Assembly: GCA_036821905.1 (NCBI GenBank)
Contig: DAISIR010000021.1
Span: 16,593-40,592 of the forward strand
Reading direction: 5' to 3'
Origin: Brooklawnia sp.
GTDB taxonomy: Bacteria > Actinomycetota > Actinomycetes > Propionibacteriales > Propionibacteriaceae
DNA length: 24,000 bases
Positions 18,036 through 24,000 of the stretch are shown here, piece after piece; within the stretch, counting starts at the first letter, position 1; each line of letters opens with the position of its first letter. The translations under genes and the position numbers were made by a program. A model generated the notes under the pieces. The model made no database searches. It had not been told where the DNA came from and saw only the letters and a program-made list of their open reading frames with translations.

Positions 18036-19111
18036 GCGCAATTCGCGTCGCTATCGTCGGCGTGGGCAACTGTGCGACGACCCTCGTGCAGGGTGTGACG
18101 TACTACCGGGACGCCAAGGCCGGCGAGAAGGTACCTGGCCTGATGCACGTCCAGTTCGGTGACTACCACGTTCGCGATCTCAAGTTCGTGGTCGCCCTCG
18201 ACGTGGACGCCGCCAAGGTGGGGCTAGACCTCGCCGACGCCCTCGGCGCCAGCGAGAACAACACCATCAAGCTGTGCGACGTCGCCCCCACCGGCACGAT
18301 CGTGCAGCGTGGCGTCACCCTGGACGGGCTGGGCAAGTACTATCGCGAGACGATCACCGAATCGGATGCTGTGCCGGTCGATGTGGTGCAGGTACTCAAG
18401 GACGCCAAGGTCGACGTGGTGGTCAGCTACCTGCCCGTCGGCTCCGAGCAAGCAGACAAGTTCTACGCGCAGTGCGCCATCGACGCCGGTTGCGCGTTCG
18501 TCAACTGCCTGCCGGTCTTCATCGCCTCCGACCCCGAGTGGGCGCAGAAGTTCACCGACGCCGGCCTGCCGATCGTCGGCGACGACATCAAGTCGCAGAT
18601 CGGCGCCACCATCACTCACCGCGTGTTGGCCAAGCTCTTCGAGGACCGCGGCATCACCATCGACCGCACCTACCAGCTGAACTTCGGCGGCAACATGGAC
18701 TTCAAGAACATGCTTGAGCGTGAGCGTCTGGTCTCCAAGAAGATTTCCAAGACCCAGGCGGTCACCTCGAACGTCGAGCACCACTTCGCCGAGCGCGACA
18801 TTCACGTCGGCCCCTCCGACTACGTCGGCTGGCTGGACGACCGGAAGTGGGCGTACGTGCGTCTGGAGGGCCGCAACTTCGGTGGCGCCCCGGTGAGTCT
18901 GGAGTACAAGTTGGAGGTCTGGGACTCCCCGAACTCCGCCGGTGTGGTCATCGACGCGGTCCGGGCCGCCAAGATCGGCCTGGACCGCGGTGTGGGTGGC
19001 CCGCTGCTCTCGCCGGCGAGCTTCTTCATGAAGTCGCCGCCCGAGCAGCGCCATGACGAGTTCGCGCAGGAGACCACCGAGGCCTTCATTCGCGGCGATA
19101 TCGAGCGCTGA
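18032..19111 (+). CDS. ino1: inositol-3-phosphate (myo-inositol-1-phosphate) synthase
   Basis: [22 protein letters not shown]..., typical of actinobacterial Ino1. AAGGAG Shine-Dalgarno precedes ATG 18032. 359 aa. Confidence 0.93.
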   Translation: MSAIRVAIVGVGNCATTLVQGVTYYRDAKAGEKVPGLMHVQFGDYHVRDLKFVVALDVDAAKVGLDLADALGASENNTIKLCDVAPTGTIVQRGVTLDGLGKYYRETITESDAVPVDVVQVLKDAKVDVVVSYLPVGSEQADKFYAQCAIDAGCAFVNCLPVFIASDPEWAQKFTDAGLPIVGDDIKSQIGATITHRVLAKLFEDRGITIDRTYQLNFGGNMDFKNMLERERLVSKKISKTQAVTSNVEHHFAERDIHVGPSDYVGWLDDRKWAYVRLEGRNFGGAPVSLEYKLEVWDSPNSAGVVIDAVRAAKIGLDRGVGGPLLSPASFFMKSPPEQRHDEFAQETTEAFIRGDIER

Positions 19112-19131
19112 TCGCCTGTCGCAAGGCTGAA

Positions 19132-19161
19132 CAGGGGCGGGTCCTTCGAGGCCCGCCCCTG
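19132..19161 (+). terminator. GC-rich hairpin downstream of ino1 (putative intrinsic terminator, no U-tract)
   Basis: CAGGGGCGGG-tccttcgagg-CCCGCCCCTG, a perfect 10-bp stem, 21 nt after the ino1 stop. Confidence 0.5.
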
Positions 19162-19298
19162 GTTCGCGTCCCGGGCGTGAGGACGACCGGTCCCCGAGGA
19201 CCGTCTCGACCCGAATGACGTCCGAGTACGTGCATAGGCGGTCCCCGTGGACTGTCCGGACCCGGGATCGGCCCTCTCGCCCGCCTATGGTGGTTTTC

Positions 19299-19826
19299 AT
19301 GGCACCGTCCTCCAGCCCGGTCACGATCGACCTGGCGCCCACCCGTGATCAGCTCATCGACGCCTTCGTCTGGGTGACGCTCGGCCTCGTCCTGGGGGCC
19401 GCCTTCGCTGTGCTCGGCAGCCGCGGTGGCGATGTCGCCTCAGTCGGCATCGGGCTCGGCATAGTGGGGCTGGCCGCTGTCTCGGGTTTCCTGGAGTACC
19501 GCCAACTCCCGGGCGCAGTGCTTACGGTGGATGCCAGCCAGGTCGTGGTGGCGCCGCGCCGTGGCGACACGACCGTGGTGCCGACCCAGACGATCGGCTC
19601 GCTGCGGATCGCGTACGTGCCGCGCTCGCGCCGAGGTGCCGGACGCCGATCCGGCAGGACCGCTGGAGAGTTGCCCCCCGGTTGGTGGCTGGTGATCGAG
19701 CCGAAACTGGACGCGCCGCCGCTGCCCGGCCATAGCCGCGCCTTTTCAGTCGGTGTCGATGCTGCAAGGATTCGAGAGCTGGCTGCCGCCTGTCAACGCT
19801 TCGGTCTTGCCCTGGCTGAACCATGA
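19299..19826 (+). CDS. hypothetical membrane protein (two predicted TM helices + soluble C-terminal domain)
   Basis: G/C-rich third positions support coding. Hydrophobic segments are FVWVTLGLVLGAAFAVLG and VGIGLGIVGLAAVSGFL. I recognise no family. The start is ATG 19299 (GGTGG upstream) or ATG 19287. Confidence 0.55.
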   Translation: MAPSSSPVTIDLAPTRDQLIDAFVWVTLGLVLGAAFAVLGSRGGDVASVGIGLGIVGLAAVSGFLEYRQLPGAVLTVDASQVVVAPRRGDTTVVPTQTIGSLRIAYVPRSRRGAGRRSGRTAGELPPGWWLVIEPKLDAPPLPGHSRAFSVGVDAARIRELAAACQRFGLALAEP

Positions 19827-19867
19827 GTATCGAGGTGCCGGAGTGGAATACCGGCGTCCTTCCAAAG

Positions 19868-19888
19868 GTTGAGTGAAGTAGACTCAAG
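19868..19888 (+). promoter_or_regulatory. HAIR operator upstream of clpB, with embedded -10-like TAGACT
   Basis: gTTGAGT-gaagtag-ACTCAAG, with perfect 6-bp arms and a 7-nt spacer, 45 nt upstream of ATG 19933. TAGACT is at 19879-19884. Confidence 0.85.
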
Positions 19889-19932
19889 TCCGATTGAGCC
19901 CCTGATCACTGAACCAACGCGGAAGAGGTCTG

Positions 19933-22515
<2,583 letters not shown>

Positions 22516-22591
22516 GGCAAGCGCCATCAACTCCGAGAACTCGCCGGGGTGGGCAAATAGACTGGACGCTACAAGCAGAGGAGCGGAAGAA

Positions 22592-23497
22592 ATGGCAAAG
22601 GTCGCTTTCATTGGTCTCGGCACGATGGGTAGCGGGATGGCAAGCAACTTGCTGACCGCCGGTCATGAGGTCACCGTCTTCAACCGGACGCCAGAGCGGG
22701 CTGACCGACTCGCTGGTCAAGGGGCTGCTGTCGTGTCCAGTCTGTCCGAGGCGGTGAAGGACGCGGAGTTCGTCATGTACTGCCTGTCGGACGACACAGC
22801 GGTGGAGGACGTGGCGTTGGGTGCCGACGGCGTAATGGTCAATGCCGACCCCGCGGCGATCGTCATCGACCTGTCCACCATCTCGCCGGCGATGAGCGCG
22901 CGTGAGCATGCGGCAGCCGAGGAGCGCGGCATTCGTTTCCTGGACGCCCCGGTCTTCGGCTCCAAGACCGAGGCGCAGACCGGCGGTCTGTGGGTCGTCG
23001 TCGGCGGTCGCCGCGACGACTACGAGGCCGCGATGCCGGTGCTCGAGCCCATCAGCGAGACCACGCACTACATGGGTCCGGCCACCAGCGGCTGCAAGAT
23101 GAAGTTGGTCGGCAACTTGTGCGTGGCCGCCCAGATGCAGTCGCTGGGTGACGCGCTCACCTTGGCCGCCAAGTCTGGGCTCGACCCGTCCGACGTCGTC
23201 GACGTGCTCGACGTCACCGACTTCAAGACTCCGATCTACTCGGGGGTGGGCCGCAATGTGATCCGCGGCGACTACAGCAAATCGTTCGCGCTGGAACTTC
23301 TGCTGAAAGACCTTTGGCTGATCGAGGACTTCTCGCACATTGTGGGGGTCGACCTGCCGGTTCTGGACACCACCATGCGGCTGGCGCAGTTCGGCGTCAA
23401 CCGGGGCATGGGCGATCTCAATGCGTCCTCGATCATCAAGATCATCTCGGCCAGCGCGGGGGTCGACCTGACACGTGGACGGCCGGACGCCGAGTGA
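22592..23497 (+). CDS. NAD(P)-dependent beta-hydroxyacid dehydrogenase family oxidoreductase (3-hydroxyisobutyrate / 6-phosphogluconate DH NAD-binding type)
   Basis: MAKVAFIGLGTMGSGMASNLLTAGHEVTVFNRT dinucleotide-binding motif, and GSKTEAQTGGL. GAGGAG lies upstream of ATG 22592; a TAGACT -10-like hexamer lies further upstream. Confidence 0.85.
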   Translation: MAKVAFIGLGTMGSGMASNLLTAGHEVTVFNRTPERADRLAGQGAAVVSSLSEAVKDAEFVMYCLSDDTAVEDVALGADGVMVNADPAAIVIDLSTISPAMSAREHAAAEERGIRFLDAPVFGSKTEAQTGGLWVVVGGRRDDYEAAMPVLEPISETTHYMGPATSGCKMKLVGNLCVAAQMQSLGDALTLAAKSGLDPSDVVDVLDVTDFKTPIYSGVGRNVIRGDYSKSFALELLLKDLWLIEDFSHIVGVDLPVLDTTMRLAQFGVNRGMGDLNASSIIKIISASAGVDLTRGRPDAE

Positions 23498-23552
23498 GTG
23501 TCTCCCCAGGCGTGCCGCCGGGCGGACGCCGTAGGGCTGCTGGACGTGCAAG

Positions 23553-24000
23553 ATGAGTACTGATTTCCGCTTGGTCGCAGACGCCCCCGGTTGGGTGCTC
23601 GTGATGGACGGTGTCGCCCAGTCGTGGCTCGACCCGGACGACCCGACGCACCTCGAGTTCGGTTACATGCTGCGGATGGCCGACTACTTGGACGCAGCCC
23701 GACCTCGGGGCGAGCGGATGCGGGTGATCCACGTAGGTGGCGCAGCCATGACGATGGCGCGCTACGTGGCGGCCAGGCGTCCCACCTCGCCACAGATCGT
23801 CCTCGAACCCAATCAGGCACTCACCGAGATGGTGCGCTGCGAGTTGCCGCTGCCGGCGAAGTCGGGCATCAAGGTTCGCGCCGTCGACGGGCGCAGTGGC
23901 ATCGCGGCGATGCCGAATCACTACGCGCAGGTCGTGATCGTGGACGCCTTCGCCGACGCCCAGGTGCCGGCCGAACTGGTCACCGTCGAATTCGCTGCGG
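23553..24000 (+). CDS. spermidine-synthase-like SAM-dependent transferase family protein (5' partial, runs off the window)
   Basis: This ORF is not in the track because no stop is reached. My translation: MSTDFRLVADAPGWVLVMDGVAQSWLDPDDPTHLEFGYMLRMADYL...RVIHVGGAAMTMARYVAARRP...VVIVDAFADAQVPAELVTVEF. It has a Rossmann-type methyltransferase-fold motif and high GC3. Confidence 0.6.
   Translation, partial: MSTDFRLVADAPGWVLVMDGVAQSWLDPDDPTHLEFGYMLRMADYLDAARPRGERMRVIHVGGAAMTMARYVAARRPTSPQIVLEPNQALTEMVRCELPLPAKSGIKVRAVDGRSGIAAMPNHYAQVVIVDAFADAQVPAELVTVEFAA

Noticed and set aside
16116-18041. 641-aa ORF antisense to coaBC, running through the coaBC-padR intergenic region and padR
   Set aside because: The explanation is the same mirrored frame. 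The coaBC start (16152) and padR start (17469) are both congruent to 0 mod 3, so the stop-poor antisense frame continues across both genes. The product is Arg/Gly/Pro-rich junk. Strong sense-strand homology explains the region.

Overview
This is a high-GC, densely coding chromosomal window that looks actinobacterial: it has an HspR/HAIR heat-shock regulon, a padR-ino1 pair, G/C-rich third codon positions and several starts that look leaderless. I support 21 CDSs. By eye I found no rRNA, tRNA, CRISPR array, transposase/integrase or recognisable defence genes. Layout: (i) 36-1088, an SDR epimerase/dehydratase. (ii) A six-gene co-directional minus-strand block (8218 down to 1085): GPH/MFS_2 symporter, polytopic-membrane alpha/beta hydrolase, aldo/keto reductase, DoxX, OmpR-family response regulator, histidine kinase. 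(iii) A divergent plus-strand glutamine-synthetase-family ligase followed by a D-2-hydroxyacid dehydrogenase. (iv) dnaK-grpE-dnaJ-hspR with HAIR operators. (v) An NRDE/TANGO2-family gene head-to-head with coaBC. (vi) padR-ino1 behind an AT-rich perfect palindrome. (vii) A small 2-TM hypothetical protein. (viii) HAIR-controlled clpB. (ix) A beta-hydroxyacid-dehydrogenase-family gene and the 5' part of a spermidine-synthase-like gene. Most of this is housekeeping. The items most worth follow-up are the NRDE/TANGO2-coaBC divergent pair sharing a 47-bp control region, the transporter / membrane-hydrolase / AKR / DoxX / two-component block with phased CACAG repeats, the padR-ino1 palindromic operator candidate, and the divergent GS-like ligase with a structured leader. 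I found no convincing mobile or defence-type novel system. All family calls rest on motif recognition and need HMM/BLAST and comparative-genomic checks that I cannot run here.
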